Source: Leucoraja ocellata (lineage: Eukaryota). Taken from it: 64,000 nt of DNA. The stretch's first letter is position 1; the number at the start of each line of letters is the position of its first letter. Of the stretch, positions 39,641-53,619 are shown one piece after another. Location: contig JAWMAR010000201.1 in NCBI GenBank assembly GCA_036785375.1, positions 1,178,001-1,242,000 on the forward strand, read 5' to 3'. Below the pieces are notes generated by a model that saw only the letters and a list, made by a program, of their open reading frames with translations, made no database searches and was not told the DNA's origin. The position numbers and the translations under genes are program-made.

Positions 39641-42022
39641 GTTAGGAAATACGTTGGATTGTTTATATCAGTTCCGAGATGCACAATGCTCTATTATGTG
39701 CAATGGACAAAGTAAAATAACAACCATTAAAATAAAACATTGACCCTCGGTATTAATTGAAATTATTATAATCGATCACCGACATGGCTCTACAACATCG
39801 ATGTATACTCCGCAGCAGCCATGCAATTTGAACAGGAGATTTAAAAATGACAATATAAGGGATTATTTGCCATCCATCTTTCACATTAAGAAACGAGAAA
39901 GTAATGAAAAAGAATTTAGTGCAAATTCCTTAAAATATGTACTTCTCGGCTTCAGTAACCAGAAGGATTATTTCTCTGTCAGCATGGCATAGGCTAAATA
40001 ATCACGAAGTGTTGCATATCAAATATGATTACGTGATCAAGGAACGACATGATAATACTTCACTGGGAGCTGCACAGGGACACGCACACTTACATTTCAT
40101 CCATACCTATCGACAACGTAATAATAAGGTAATGACAACCAGATTTCACCGTTTGAGAATGTATTACGTTATTGCTAGGCACTGTTTATGGCTTGCTTCT
40201 ATTTAATCCTGGGATTTTTCAGTGAAGGCGACAGTAAATTATTTCCAGGTAGACACGAACTGTTGGAGTAACTCAGCGGGGCGGGCAGCATTTCTGGAGA
40301 GAATGAATGGGTGACGTTTCGGGTCTAGACCCTTCTTCGAGTAAATTGTTTGTAACGTTTTCGTATGGGCATGCTGCCAACCAAACCTTCCACCAACGTC
40401 CAATGTAATAATAAATCACTTGTGACCAATAGGCATTATTGCTGATGTGGTTCGGAATGTTAACCTCCGGGTTAATGATGCAGAATACAACTAATTGAGC
40501 AAATAATTTGTCAATGATGCTTTATGCCAGAAGCAGCATAAAAAACACATTTGACGTCAATAAAAAGTATTTCTCTTGTTTAAATATTTTACGCCACTAT
40601 CTAAATAACGTACATATGTTGCTGCAAACACTGCTGAAGTGAGAACGCCACAAAATGTATCTGAATGTGCATATACTGCAAATTAAGTCCTTCAAGTTGG
40701 CATTGTGAAGGAAGCAGTGCCCATATTTGATCAGATGTACCTGGCGAAGGCAAGAAACAGATCCGCTACCTTTTACCAAGTATTACAAGGAAGCTGCAGT
40801 GATATCATTCTGATAGGTGAAGTTTCGAGTCGGGACCGTTCTTCGGTCTCTTTCCTGCTCAAGGGGAACCCCGATCCAAAACGTTTAGGTTCCATACCCA
40901 TATTAGGAGAGATGCTGCTCGACCCGTTAATCTACTCCAGCACTTTTTGTGTTTTTCACAAGATTCCAGCATCTGTAGTTGCTTTTGGCAAGCGATTATT
41001 CTGATGTTTGGTGGCTTCACGTTTCCGATGATTGCTGATACCAAAGTGTGACGAAGATTGTCATGTGACATAAAAAATCTACCTATCTGTTGAACTTTCC
41101 TGTTTGAAAAGAACATGCCATTCATCGAAGTATATCTGGCTGATAATAAACTACGCATCTTCAGAAATATGTTTTGGTGTTCAAATGTCAATTAATGGCG
41201 CTGTAAACCACCATATACACTATTTTACCGATGTTGGAATGTCGACTAGTCGTGAATGCATCTGGCTAATTAGATTTGCCACCGACGTCACAAAACCCAG
41301 CCCTTTAAACCAGATTAATAATGCTTAATTCATAATAGACAATCTAAACGTAAGTACGTGGCAGGAATACGATATCTTTAAAAAGGCTATCAAAATGTTT
41401 CCATTTGCTCCGAGGGGTAGAAACCGAGTTAACATGTTTGAAGCGGATTTTGACTGTGAATATTTAGACTGCACCCAATCGTCAGTATCCTTTTTGTTTC
41501 AGTTTTACACAGGTAAATAAGGAAAATGCCGTTTGGGCATGTTAACAATCCTTAGCCCATGGCCATTCTGTGCAAATATATTGTAGTTATAAGAACAGAA
41601 TATGCCTATTATTATCGTTAATATTAGTTAATAACATCGTTAATATTATGGTCCGTCCATTTCTCCTGTGGTGGAAGGAATATTAACGGACATAGTCATA
41701 CAGTTTTTGAGCTGACCAGCACTGAAACAAAGCCTTCTACCTTGACAAGCCGAACAATTTGGGCAGCAGGGTTAGTCGCTTAAGTGTGCATTCGGCACAT
41801 TGCTTTCCAAACGTTTATTATCCGCGGACATATGATTTCAAGGTTTTACCATATCACCTTCAATTATATAGGAAATGAACCAAATTCATTCAACGGTCAA
41901 CTATGAGACTATAACCTTACTATAACATCATACGTAATATTTGCACGTTGTGGTTTTTGCAGGGACCCGTCCATGGTTACATGGGGGAAGAATAAGATAA
42001 ATGCAGAGAAAGGACGTAAACA

Positions 42023-42222
42023 NNNNNNNNNNNNNNNNNNNNNNNNNNNNNNNNNNNNNNNNNNNNNNNNNNNNNNNNNNNNNNNNNNNNNNNNNNNNNN
42101 NNNNNNNNNNNNNNNNNNNNNNNNNNNNNNNNNNNNNNNNNNNNNNNNNNNNNNNNNNNNNNNNNNNNNNNNNNNNNNNNNNNNNNNNNNNNNNNNNNNN
42201 NNNNNNNNNNNNNNNNNNNNNN
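42023..42222. other. Assembly gap
   Basis: run of N. Confidence 1.
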
Positions 42223-42289
42223 CCATTTTTTGTATTTTCCCGTAGAGCAGCATCTGCAGTTTCTTCGTAATGTGACACGTTGTTCTTCG

Positions 42290-43935
42290 TCCGCACGCGC
42301 TTCTCTGGTACCCTTCTCCGAATTGTTCTGGATGACTCTCCAATGATTCTACAAATTACCCACTTTTTTTCCGCCCTACCCTCCTGCGGCTACTTTCACC
42401 TGCTCATTATCCCCTTCGTAGAACGCGCTAACAATTTAACTCACGTCTATCCGTCTATCAATGACATCCGTTTTCCAGGCCCCCACCCACAAATTTACTC
42501 TGGTTGTACAGCCACTGTACACCTCCGACCCCACCAGGAAGGCCTCCTTTTCTTCCTCGACCGCAGAACCAGCCAATTTCAGTCTACTGATACACTCCTC
42601 CGGCTATCCATCAAGAATATTTCCTTGGACTCCTCACACTTCTCCCAAACCCAAGGCATAGCTAGGGGCACTCGCGTGGGCTCTATCTAAGCCTGCCTCT
42701 TTGTAGGGTACGTCGGACAATCACTGTTCCAGGCGGGCATTGGGTCTTTCCCCGAACTTTACATCAGCTACATTGACGGCTGCATCAGTGCTACCTCCTG
42801 CACCCTGCAGAACACACTGACCATCAACTTTATGACCAATTTCCATCCTGCACTCAAATTCACTTGGCCATCTCCGACATCTCCCTACCGTTACTAGATC
42901 TCGCCGTCTCCGTCACAGGAGACGGACTATAGACCGACATTTACTACAAACCCACTGACTCTATCCAGCCAACACTGCTTCCCACCCTGCTTCCTGTGAA
43001 GACTCTATCCCCTACTCCCAATTCTTCCGTCCATGCCGCATCTACGCCTAGATGAGGTTTTCTCATTCTTTAGGAAACGGGGTTCCCCTCTTCCATTATA
43101 GATGAGGCTCTCACTAGAGTCTCCTCAATATCCCGCAGCACCGCTCTTTCTCCCCTTCCCCCATTAGTAACAAGGACAGATTTCTCCTTGTCTTCACCTT
43201 CCACCCCATCAGCCGTCGCGCACAGCATATAATCCTCCAACATATTCGCCACCTCACGGGATCCCACGACTGGCCACATCTACCCATCTCCACCCCTTTC
43301 TGCTTTCCGCAGAGCCCGTTCAACTACGCAACTCCCTGGTTAACTCGTCCCTTCTCACCCAAACCAACCCCTCCCCAGGTACTTCCCCTGCAGCCGCAGG
43401 AGATACAACACCTGTCCCTTTACGTCCTCCCTCGACTCCTTCCAAGAACTCCGACAGCCGTTTCATGTGAAGCACAGGTTCACTTGAATTTCCTCCAACC
43501 TCATCTACTGTATCCGCTGTTTCAGATGTCAAATCCTGTACATCGGCGAGACGAAGCGCAAGCTCGGCGCTCGTTTCGATGAACACCTTCGCTCAGTCCG
43601 CCTTCACCTACTTGATCTCCCAGTTGCTCAGCACTTTAACTGCCACTCCCAATCTGTCCTTTCTGTCTTGGACCTCTTCCATTGCCAGATTGAGGCCCAG
43701 TGCAAATTGTAGGAATAGCACCTCATATTCGCGTGGGTAGCTTACACCCCAGCTGTATGAACATTGACTTCTCTAACTTCACTAGCCCTTGCTTTACTCC
43801 TCTCTCCCATTCCTATCCCAGTTCTCCCACCAGTCTTAACTGTCTCCTACTACATTCTATCTCTGCCCCGCCCACTCCCCTGACTTCGGCCTGAAGAAGA
43901 ATATCGACCCGAAACGTCACTCATTCCATCTCTCC
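42290..43935 (+). mobile_element. Degenerate Penelope-like element (RT remnants, GIY-YIG, pLTR)
   Basis: QTQGIARGTRVG..ACLFVGY..SYIDG RT motifs; NLIYCIRCFRCQILYIGETKRKLGARF; CTGAAGA...GAAACGTC at 43891-43918. Confidence 0.9.
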
Positions 43936-44203
43936 AATCCTTGAAGGGACAAAACATTAAACGGAACATACGCTGTATCGTTTTATAATAACCAATATTT
44001 GCAGCAGAACACATTTGCAACACCCCGCTAATTCTCATGATGAATGGACATATGTTTCGGTTTCTGAGATCAAATAGTTTATTATTTCACATTCATTGAG
44101 ATGGAGAACAATAAACTCGGGAAGATAGAGGCTGATGTCGACGTTAAACCTCAGGAAAATGTGACTCACATCCACAGTTATATACATATTTTTCTTTTCA
44201 TAG

Positions 44204-44230
44204 CAATAACCAAAGAGAACAAGAATAATG
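44204..44230 (+). CDS. 27-nt micro-exon, (A)ITKENKNN
   Basis: tttttcttttcatag|...AATG|gtaacc. Confidence 0.75.
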
Positions 44231-44934
44231 GTAACCTTAGCAAATTATTTGATAAATTGTCCACAATATGCATCCACTTGTTTCTGGTTAGTTTTCTGTA
44301 ATGCGTTAAATTCTGATTGTTAAAACATATTCAACTATTAAGACATCGTTTCAGACCAATAAACAATGAAATACGATTGAATGAAAATGCCACAAATCGG
44401 AAACGGTTTGTTATCTTCAAGTTACATCTTGGGATAAGCATTCAGATTAATGAGGATTCCAAATACGTATTGATTTTACTGACCGTAGGTTCCCCACGTA
44501 ATACCATGAAATCCAACCGTGTCGAAAAAGAATGTCAGGAGTTCCAGCATCAGTTTCTTAGAATGGGACAGATTAAATTATGTACTCATTTATCGTATTT
44601 TGTTCCGACGGTGGGATTCCGAAGAAGACGGTATAGGTATAGCGCTGCCTGAACCAGATGAGTTGCATTCTTACCTTTGTCAATCATCCACTAGGTTCTT
44701 GCTCACTTTGTGGACAAGGTTAACGATAGCAGGATGGTGCCCAATCTGTCCAAAACATCATGGCAGTGCGAACATTTCAAGTATGCATTCCTGCATAAGA
44801 GACAGGTAGCAGAGTAACTGGTATTTCTTTTGTGATGCGGAACGTGGATTTGAAGGATGAGGAGGCTCAATATTTCGTTGTCTTCATCGACATCGACAAG
44901 AACGATATGTGGAGCAATAGTGAGGGATATTAAG

Positions 44935-45650
44935 AGTCAAGAGTCAAGTCAAGAGTCAATTTAATTGTCATTTGGACCCCTAGAGGTCCAAACGAAATGC
45001 CGTTTCTGCAGCCATACATTACACACAAATAGACCCAGACACAACATGATTACATTTTACATAAACATCCATCACATAGCTGTGATGGAAGGCCAAAAAA
45101 AACTTATCTCTCCACTGCACTCTCTCCCCCCCGATGTCAGAGTCAAAGTCAAAGCCCCCGGCTGGCGATGGCGATTGTCCCGCGGCCATTGAAGCCACGC
45201 CGGGTGGTGCGAGGTCGCACACCGGGTCTTGGTGTTGGAGCCTCCGGTGTGCGCTCGTAAAGTCCCGCGGCCGTTCCAGCCGCGCGGGGCAATGGTGTTA
45301 GGCCCCGCTCCAGGAGCTCTTCGACCCCGCAACTCGGGCGGGAGAATTCGCCGTTGCAGGAGCCCCGAAAAGCGGTCTCTCTCTAGGGATCCGCGGGCTC
45401 CCGGCGCCGCCGTCCGCAGACCCGCAGCAGCAGCCTCCGACTCAGCAGAAGCAGCAGCAGCAGCGGCAGCAGCAGCGCTCCTCCACCCGCTCCAACCGCT
45501 CCGGACTCGGTCAGCCCCGCGACGGCGACGGTGAGTAGCACCTGAGTCCCCGGCTTCCCCCTGTTGGAGGCCGCTCCTCGTTGCGGCCTCAACGACAAGG
45601 GAAACCCGACGAGAGAAGGTCGGGTCTCCAGTGCAGGGAGAGATTTACAA
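44935..45650 (-). mobile_element. Unclassified GC-rich retroelement with (aagagtc)n tail and (CAG)n tract
   Basis: tandem tail aagagtcaagagtcaagtcaagagtc, sharp GC/CpG rise, related to 33790-34218. Confidence 0.55.
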
Positions 45651-47129
45651 GCTTGCCGTGGCAGATTGGCCAGGAGAAACACGAAGGAGGTAATAAGACA
45701 AGACACGTGGAGATTGTGAACGTAAATGGGATCAAGCAGATAATTGTTCAAGGCATAATGTGATAGTGGAGTATTACAATCCTTGAGACACTAGCACCAG
45801 TACTGGGACATAAAACTCTACTCCGTTGTAGTAACATTCACCTAAATCACAGTGGGAAATAGTATCCAGGCAGATCGCAAAGCCATGGATGTACGCAAGG
45901 GAAAAAACCGTAAGAAAGTGACTTTTATTGGATCAACAGGAGGCAAGGGAGCATTTTCACTTGATTTCTTTGGACAAAATGAGCAACGAAATGTGCCAAG
46001 ATGAAGGAGATAATATAAATACAACTATTGCAAACATTATTCAAAAGTACAAGAACATTTAGGTGCTGATATGATTTCGCTGGTGTGATAGACACGGACT
46101 ATGGGGTGAAGTTAAGAAATAAGTGACTGACGATTTAAATGTCTTTCTTCACAGCCTATTACATTTCTTCTGACATGTGCGCGCTGGAGCACATACCATT
46201 AGATGCATTTAAGGCGGAATTCGCTCTTAAATTTGTACACAGCTCTTATTTCAACTAGTGCGTGTTTAACAGAGAGCGGCTAATTTACTGCAGGGATCTT
46301 CAACGTGTATTTCAACATGTAACGTGTGCAACCGTGATGCGAATAGAACGTTTCGGCTACTTATGATCTTCCGACGTCCGCGAGAAAATGCCATGTCTCC
46401 GATAAATGCTAAGAAAGATGTTAACGGCGACGATTGATTTTGACAAGGCATTAAGACATGCTTTTGCGCTGTTTACACGCGTACACATCGAGGTATCTAA
46501 TACATTAAGGTCATTATTACATTTAGAGGTGAATTTAAATAAATTATTTGGGGCTTACATCATTCATGACGGATGAAAACGTGAGAAAAACATATATTAT
46601 AGGTATAGATGATTACAGCATTGGGACGTATTTGTTAATTCGTATACGTAGCGTCAACAATGCCATCCCAATAAAAAATAGTAACATATTACAAAAGGAA
46701 AAATAATATTCACGCGTCCGCGCGGAATGAACTGGCGTGGCGAATCATATGCTCGAGTTTATTAATGTGCCCAATTATTCTATGATTCACAAGCAGAACA
46801 CTGATATTGAGTTAATATGGAGAAAACAACTATGTCGATATTTTGCACTGTAATTCCTGAAAAGCATAAGGGTGTAAATATAAACGCTCATTTTGTTAGT
46901 TCAAGAAAACATAAATAAAATGGAACATGCGGAGCATTTCGAATCACGGAGTGGCATATTGCCTTCATAAAACCATAGGCTGCATTCGACACAGTGCAAG
47001 GTACTAGCAATTGAGATGCTGGTCATATTGAGACTAAGATGATTTAGATTATTTTTAAATAAGTGAAATGTTGTTCATGAATTTATGGGAATAACATGCA
47101 TCTTTTAATATAATGCCTTTCACTTCCAG

Positions 47130-47165
47130 AGATACGCAAACTTAATGACGCTCTCGGGTATACAG
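47130..47165 (+). CDS. 36-nt A micro-exon, (E)IRKLNDALGYT
   Basis: gcctttcacttccag|...ACAG|gtatga. Confidence 0.9.
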
Positions 47166-49084
47166 GTATGAATATAATTAAATGTTTTAAGAATACGTGA
47201 ATGGAACGACCAAGATGGCTACACTAATATATGCGCCCAGGGATGGCCTGTCGTCTATTCGAAAATTAATAATGAGTAGACGAAGAGAGGACAAGAGCGT
47301 ATAGAGATAGTGGTGCGACTGCGACAGAAGAGAGGGTCGGGTAGTGCCGGTGAAGATTGTTGACAAGGGAACGGGGCGTACAAGGTAAGGCATTGTAGGG
47401 GTGGCAATTCAATACGTTTGTAGGCATAATGGAAATGCATTGCAAACACTGTGAATGCTGGTTTGGAATCAGGATGTGGGAGATCAGATGCATGTTTTAA
47501 GTACATGGTATTCTCCCGTTCCTCCTTATTCTCTGTGCAATACCAAAGACCGCATTTGTCTTTTTTCCCGATTCTCCGATATGATACGTTTCTCATTGAC
47601 TTTATCTGAGTTATTCATGAAACGATTCACGCAGACACTCATATGCCACATCAAATCCATGCGTCACCATATGCATGTGGAACTCTATTTACCAAACCCA
47701 GTCGAAGAAGCAACTATACTTTCCATGTTGCCACATCCGATATAAAATCCCTCGATTTTTGTCACGTTTCAGACATAAAATCGCACAGTCATGGATGACC
47801 TTATTAATCCCAAACCCTCGCTGACATTTGAACCGTATCAGTTACAGTTACATGTATCTATATCTTACCAGCAGCATTGTTGTGTTTACACTGTCCCTTT
47901 CTGAACTTACCCTTTTGGATTCATATCTTCACAGGGGTGACAGCGACATCCCCTTGCGTATTCCAAAACAAATTGCTGTCCCGAAATGACGATCAACTTC
48001 GCCTTCGCTAATGCGCTGACTTCTGTGATCCAAGCTCTTCACACAAGTCTATGGATGTAGTTAGGTATCTTCTTCCCTCCTCTTCCCCCTTATGAATCTA
48101 ACCATTAGTAACTTTTTTTTATCGACTGTTAATTTTTTTCAAACTCTTGCGATGCGTCTACCCTGCTTCATTTTGACGTTGTGGGGCTAAGTGCGCCAGA
48201 GAGAGTTGAGATAGTCATCAAACTAGTCGACATGACTTGCTCCATTTTGATCTATTGAACAGTCCAAAGATATTAAAATCCTCGTTGTGAAGTGAAACTA
48301 GTCCTTATTCATCTTGCTCGAGCATGAAACAATAATCAGATATAAAGCATTTATTTCCCAGGCGTTCACGAACATTATCAACCGGGAGACTTTTATTCTC
48401 TTAGTTTCTAGTCCTGTAGCGTCCGAACTCGCACTTTCACTTCTACGCCTTGGCGCGATAAAGAAATGAACTGTCGGGCAGTCCCATTATTTCATCGTGT
48501 TTGGAATCTCTGGTCTTACTTATTTTTTACCATCTATCTATCCATTCTCAGCTGGTTGGCAACATTCACAATCGCACTGCGTCAACCCTGATCAATTCTG
48601 TTGCATAGATAGCTTCAAATTAAGTGAACAAAATACCTTTTTTTAAAATTATGTCCGTTAACAATGGACAATGTCCTCACATGGGAGGGAGCACTTTTAT
48701 CTTGCTCTGCTTTGCAATTGCTTATTAGTACCCACAGTATGTATTCTTATTCCCTGAATGCTTTAGCCATTTAGCTTACATTAATGAATTTTAAATCCAA
48801 CTGCGCTCTTTAACATGCAGCCATCATTATTTTATACCCACTATCCAATGCGTATCCAAACCACACCAATCGTGCCTCCCCCACACGTGCAACATGAAAC
48901 TAATTTGCTTGCTCCCGTGCTGGTCCTGACAATGAGTCTGGGAACTAAAACCTTATTCCTACTTATCGTACCGTATTCTTACATCGCACGTGCTTTTCCG
49001 CCACCTGCCGTGGGATATCTTGGCCATTAATTGGAACATATAATATGGCGATTCTTCATTGGACGCCTTTTGTGCATTTTAAAG

Positions 49085-49111
49085 AGGAAAGACTACGCCA
49101 ATATAAACGGG
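49085..49111 (+). CDS. 27-nt B micro-exon, (E)ERLRQYKR
   Basis: tgtgcattttaaag|...CGGG|gtaagg. Confidence 0.85.
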
Positions 49112-49258
49112 GTAAGGAACTACAATATCAGCAAATGTTTAGTATTCTTTGTACATAAACCAAATATATATTTCTGCCAATAGATTCCGAAGTATTCGGA
49201 AGAGTTACAACATGTTATAAAACAAAACATTACACGACTGTCATATTATTTCCCGCAG

Positions 49259-49285
49259 AGCTCGATGACTGCGAGAACAACGACG
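49259..49285 (+). CDS. 27-nt C micro-exon, (E)LDDCENND
   Basis: ttatttcccgcag|...GACG|gtaaga. Confidence 0.88.
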
Positions 49286-50689
49286 GTAAGATAAGAACAT
49301 ACTTTACTGAAAAAAAAAACTAAATTGGAGACTTGCTCTCTCTCCTATCTCGAGGCCTATGTAATATATACATTTTGGTCAGGTGGCATATGCCATTTTC
49401 TTCATACACTTCATCAATGATTTGGCACGCAATTCAAGCTTTTGTTCTACCTGTATGTCAGCATGGCAAAACATACTACGAATAATTATTAAGATAAAAT
49501 TGTTTTCTGATGCTTACTATGCATAACGTTATGTAGCAGATATTCAAACGTATAAAAACGTTGATTTCATACATTAGGAATCAACTATGTATATTATTGT
49601 CCGGAGGCAACACACAATACTTGCCGTATGGAACGGAGAGCAATGAATGAAATGCTTCAATACTGCAGCTTTACAGTCACATTTGGGCAATGAGATAAAC
49701 ATTAATTGGGTGAAATTTACGAGAGCATTGTATCCATTCTACGTAAACTAATAGTCGCGAAACGGATGTTACATAGCTCGTGAACGCAAGCTTGCTGAAA
49801 ACTAAATCAAGGATAGAGATTGTTTAGGAAGTTGGGGTGAGAACATGTACTGATGGGAGGAGGGTTTTCGATAGATTTATTGCATTTGCTTAAGAAGGGT
49901 GGCATGACAAGTGCATGTCCTAGTATGGACAATTTCATCTAGGGCGCAGATGCGGCGTACACGGAGGAATTGGGAGTAGGGGATATAAACGTTGCAGGAA
50001 GCAGGTGGGAAGAATTTGCTTTATTCATCGGCTGCATCCAGTCTACTTATTTTGAGTAGGAGGATTTCCTTCACCGTGGCGGCATGTGCATATGTGTTTC
50101 GTTTACATCATTCGCGGAAAGTTTTTAAAATCAAATATAATTGTCATAGGGCCGGCAAAAGGTCTTTGCTTAACGAGTTTCAAAAGAGGTGCGATATTAT
50201 CGGAGAGATAGAGAAACGTGACACCTTAGATCAATTACTTAAAACCGGAGGCAATAAGCCGAATAGCGATATAATTGTACTACTTACGGAAATAAAGATG
50301 GAGCGATTGAATTTAAAAACAAACGCTATCCTGATTGAAAGTGAGAATCGTTCAATATTGTGCAAACAGCCGAGATGCATAATTGTGGTACAATCATCAT
50401 GGGGGTGCTTAATGCCCACGGGAAATTCATCGAGACAATTTCAGTACTAATCCTTCAAGATAATTTGGCAGATCGCTTTTTGATATTTATGAGTACTCTG
50501 AGGAATGAAACGTTGTATCTGATAAGTTCCTGATAATCGCTGACCGATCGCGGTATCCGTTTATTGCAGTTTTTGGGAAATTCGATAGATATATTTGGAA
50601 TTTATATACACTCTGTATTGTCAGTCACGCTTTACATCATATGACCTTGCATGTTACATCTACGCAATTATGGATTCATTACTTTACAG

Positions 50690-50716
50690 CAAGATCAATT
50701 ATTGCAAAGGAAAAGG
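50690..50716 (+). CDS. 27-nt micro-exon, (A)RSIIAKEK
   Basis: cattactttacag|...AAGG|gtaaat. Confidence 0.65.
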
Positions 50717-51969
50717 GTAAATACGTTGCCGTTCTTTGTCTACCGGTCATTTTAAAAATTAGAATCCAATAATGTGATGAAAGATAGCTTCCATAGTCTA
50801 CATGGTGACAGATGATATAGAGACTTGTGCAGCGTTATGTGCTTCAAAACAACAGGCGTATATTTTGTGCTTTGGTAATTCCAGTCTTTCACTGTATTAT
50901 ATAGACATTGCTATTAGAAGATTACAGATTGAACAGAGAATGCTATTTCACTTTGCTGACGGCTAGCGCGTCCCTGGGATTTCGTATGAAATAGCATGAA
51001 TAACATTTTAACGTCAGGATGATATAACAATTGGAGACGAACATGCGGCTTTGAAGGGGTTCAAATGCAATGCACACCGTTGGTCTACGCTGGACGCATA
51101 GGACAACATTGACTCTGGGGGCTTTGCAAATGAACGTTGAAAACATTCTGCACTTTGCTCAGTACTTGATGGCTTTCATTAGACCGATTTTCGGTCACTA
51201 GCACTACTGAGAAATTCCACGAGAACAGTCTATTTAGTTGTCTTTTCCGTTTATTTGTCATACAAGGGCACAAGGCTTGACTGCTATTTTATGAAACTCG
51301 ACAGATTCCTATCAGAATCTCCCCCCACCCCTCCCCAAATCCCGCTCCTCCTCCCCACGCCATCCATATTCAATCTCCATTATTGTATCTTGATTTCTCA
51401 AGACGTGGGCGAATGAAATGAAGGGAGATGGGAATTGTATTGTCCTGAAAAACATCCCAGAACCATGTTTTTTAATGGTATGCCGTGATTTTGGTCTAAC
51501 ATCTGACGTACTTTGCAGATGCGAATGAATGGATGAAAAATACCATCTAACAAACGCATGGGCTTTTTGATTAACGGTTTAAGTCAAACGAGTTTTAATA
51601 CAAAACAAATCCTTACTTTTTTGGTAAAAAATCCTCACTTTCCAACGTAATACCCGTGAAATCGTACACGGTAGAAACAAGGAACGGCAAATGCTTGTTT
51701 ACAAAAGAAGATACACGTGCTGGCGTACGTCAGTGGGTCGTAGAATTTATTGTTTAAAAGCATAAAGACAGTGTCATAAAATATCGCACGCTCATTCCAA
51801 TGGGAAAAGTCGAAACCAGGTACTGTATCGCTTGAGAAAACGTCCGCAGTAGAACGTATTAAGTGCGGTGAATAAAATACAGAACAAAGTGAACATGTGA
51901 AAACGTAGCAAAATATATTCTCTGCTTCGGATGACCTTACAGTGATTTTGTCAATTTCTGCTCTTGTAG

Positions 51970-52005
51970 AAATACTCAGACTCAGAAACGTTCTGGAAGA
52001 AAACG
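51970..52005 (+). CDS. 36-nt A micro-exon, (E)ILRLRNVLEEN
   Basis: tttctgctcttgtag|...AACG|gtgagg. Confidence 0.9.
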
Positions 52006-53162
52006 GTGAGGAAGTTTATGAAAAATGTAATATTGTTGATGACATCTTTATTGCGATAGAATTATTTGGGTCCGACAAATCATGATTGTTCTTAATGACA
52101 GACACATGACGAATTACTCTGAGACCGATATGGGGCAATGGAGTATTTAACGTTAAATTCAGCGGGCTAAGTGTGTGTATATTTGACTAGCGTTGAATAA
52201 ATTAATTCCATTCGGTCTATTATATCGATAATATTGGAAATAAATTTCCAGAGTTGTATTTGCCCCCACATGAGCAACTCCGAAATGCACAATTTATAAA
52301 TTAATGCGGTATTCACATTTAAAATGCCAACTCAGTTTGGATGTAATTCTCTATATACATATAGTTGCTTTTTTTATATTACATTTTGTCTGTTCATTTA
52401 GCCTAACGAAAATTAGGCCACAAAAATTCACGAATACCTGTTTGACGCATGCGTAACGATAATGTTGCAACGGATGCTCCACGTATGCTGAATGGTTCAG
52501 GAACATTTTTCGGACACCAGCATTGAGCAGGTTTTGTTTCTCTGTCGTCGGAGAAAAATCTGTGAACATGTTTCTGCTCATACTGTCGACACGGCACGTT
52601 TTCTTCGTAATCAATAAAACAATGACAGTGATGGCAAGCCGGATTATGTAATATTTGCTCCGCGCAGGCGGTCGATTTGCTGCTCTTAGCAGCTCTGAAT
52701 GAAATGAATTATGGACAACATTAATGCTTAATTATTGACAAGAAAAAATTGAAACAAAAACCATGAAAATGAAGACGTGAACCAATGAAAGCAGCAAAGA
52801 AAACATTATCCTAATCAGAAATAATATGCGTAGAGCGAGTAACCCTCAGCGTGTGCTCACGTTTGCTCATGTGTTAAAATGGGGTTTTGGTGGCAAGGAA
52901 TTATGAAACATTTGCTTTTGATGTCACTCAGAGATTATGTTTCGTGGCATTTGTTCAACAGTGATATATAGCTTCCATTTAAGCAGAAACCGAATGCTTC
53001 ATATTAAAGGACAAAGTATTATTCTATCATGGTATTGAAACAACTGAACCAACATTCGTTTACTGTATGCAGTTTGCTATTTTCTGGTGGAAACGGCAGC
53101 AAATTTGTTATAAGCCAACTCATTTGCAAAAGTGGTCAACCATTTTCCTCCTATGTTTACAG

Positions 53163-53189
53163 ACCTGCGATTACTTGCACGAGAAAACG
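53163..53189 (+). CDS. 27-nt B micro-exon, (D)LRLLAREN
   Basis: ttcctcctatgtttacag|...AACG|gtaaaa. Confidence 0.85.
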
Positions 53190-53338
53190 GTAAAATGTAC
53201 TCGCTTAATTTATAGGGATTTACAAAAAACACATTTACAAAGTCGTTGAATATCGGTAGGAAGAATGGGGGACAGAAAATTGATGTGTGCAATAGGTTCA
53301 ATTGAAGAAGCGTTATGATTCATCATATCGAAATACAG

Positions 53339-53362
53339 AGAGCAGTAACGCAGACAATATTG
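53339..53362 (+). CDS. 24-nt C micro-exon, (E)SSNADNI
   Basis: aaatacag|...ATTG|gtaaat; weak tract, 149 nt after B. Confidence 0.6.
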
Positions 53363-53619
53363 GTAAATATGCGTCACCTTGATATGCCGATAATTGCTCG
53401 ATTTTTATTCTGATTAATATTATTATTGACAAATTGTATTGCAAAATTCAATGAAGTCAGTGACGGGTTGTCACTCGATAAGCATTGTTTGCAAAATGTA
53501 CTTTTTTTTTGTACCACTTAGTGTAAACGTAGAAACAAAACGCATGATCGATAGCTCGGCTTCAAATTTACACACTGAAAAACGTTGACACGTGAGAGAA
53601 GCCGGTTATTAAAGTGCCA

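Noticed and set aside
41486-41512. Possible exon ending ACAG|gtaaat (10 nt from the strong acceptor, 27 nt from a weak one)
   Set aside because: The 10-nt form breaks frame; the 27-nt form reads SFLFQFYT, unlike any exon class.
4144-42343. ORFs containing long X runs (near 4.2, 25.4 and 42.0 kb)
   Set aside because: Artifacts of translating N gaps.
49992-50450. 152-aa ORF
   Set aside because: Non-ATG start and no recognisable motif; possibly decayed LINE sequence.
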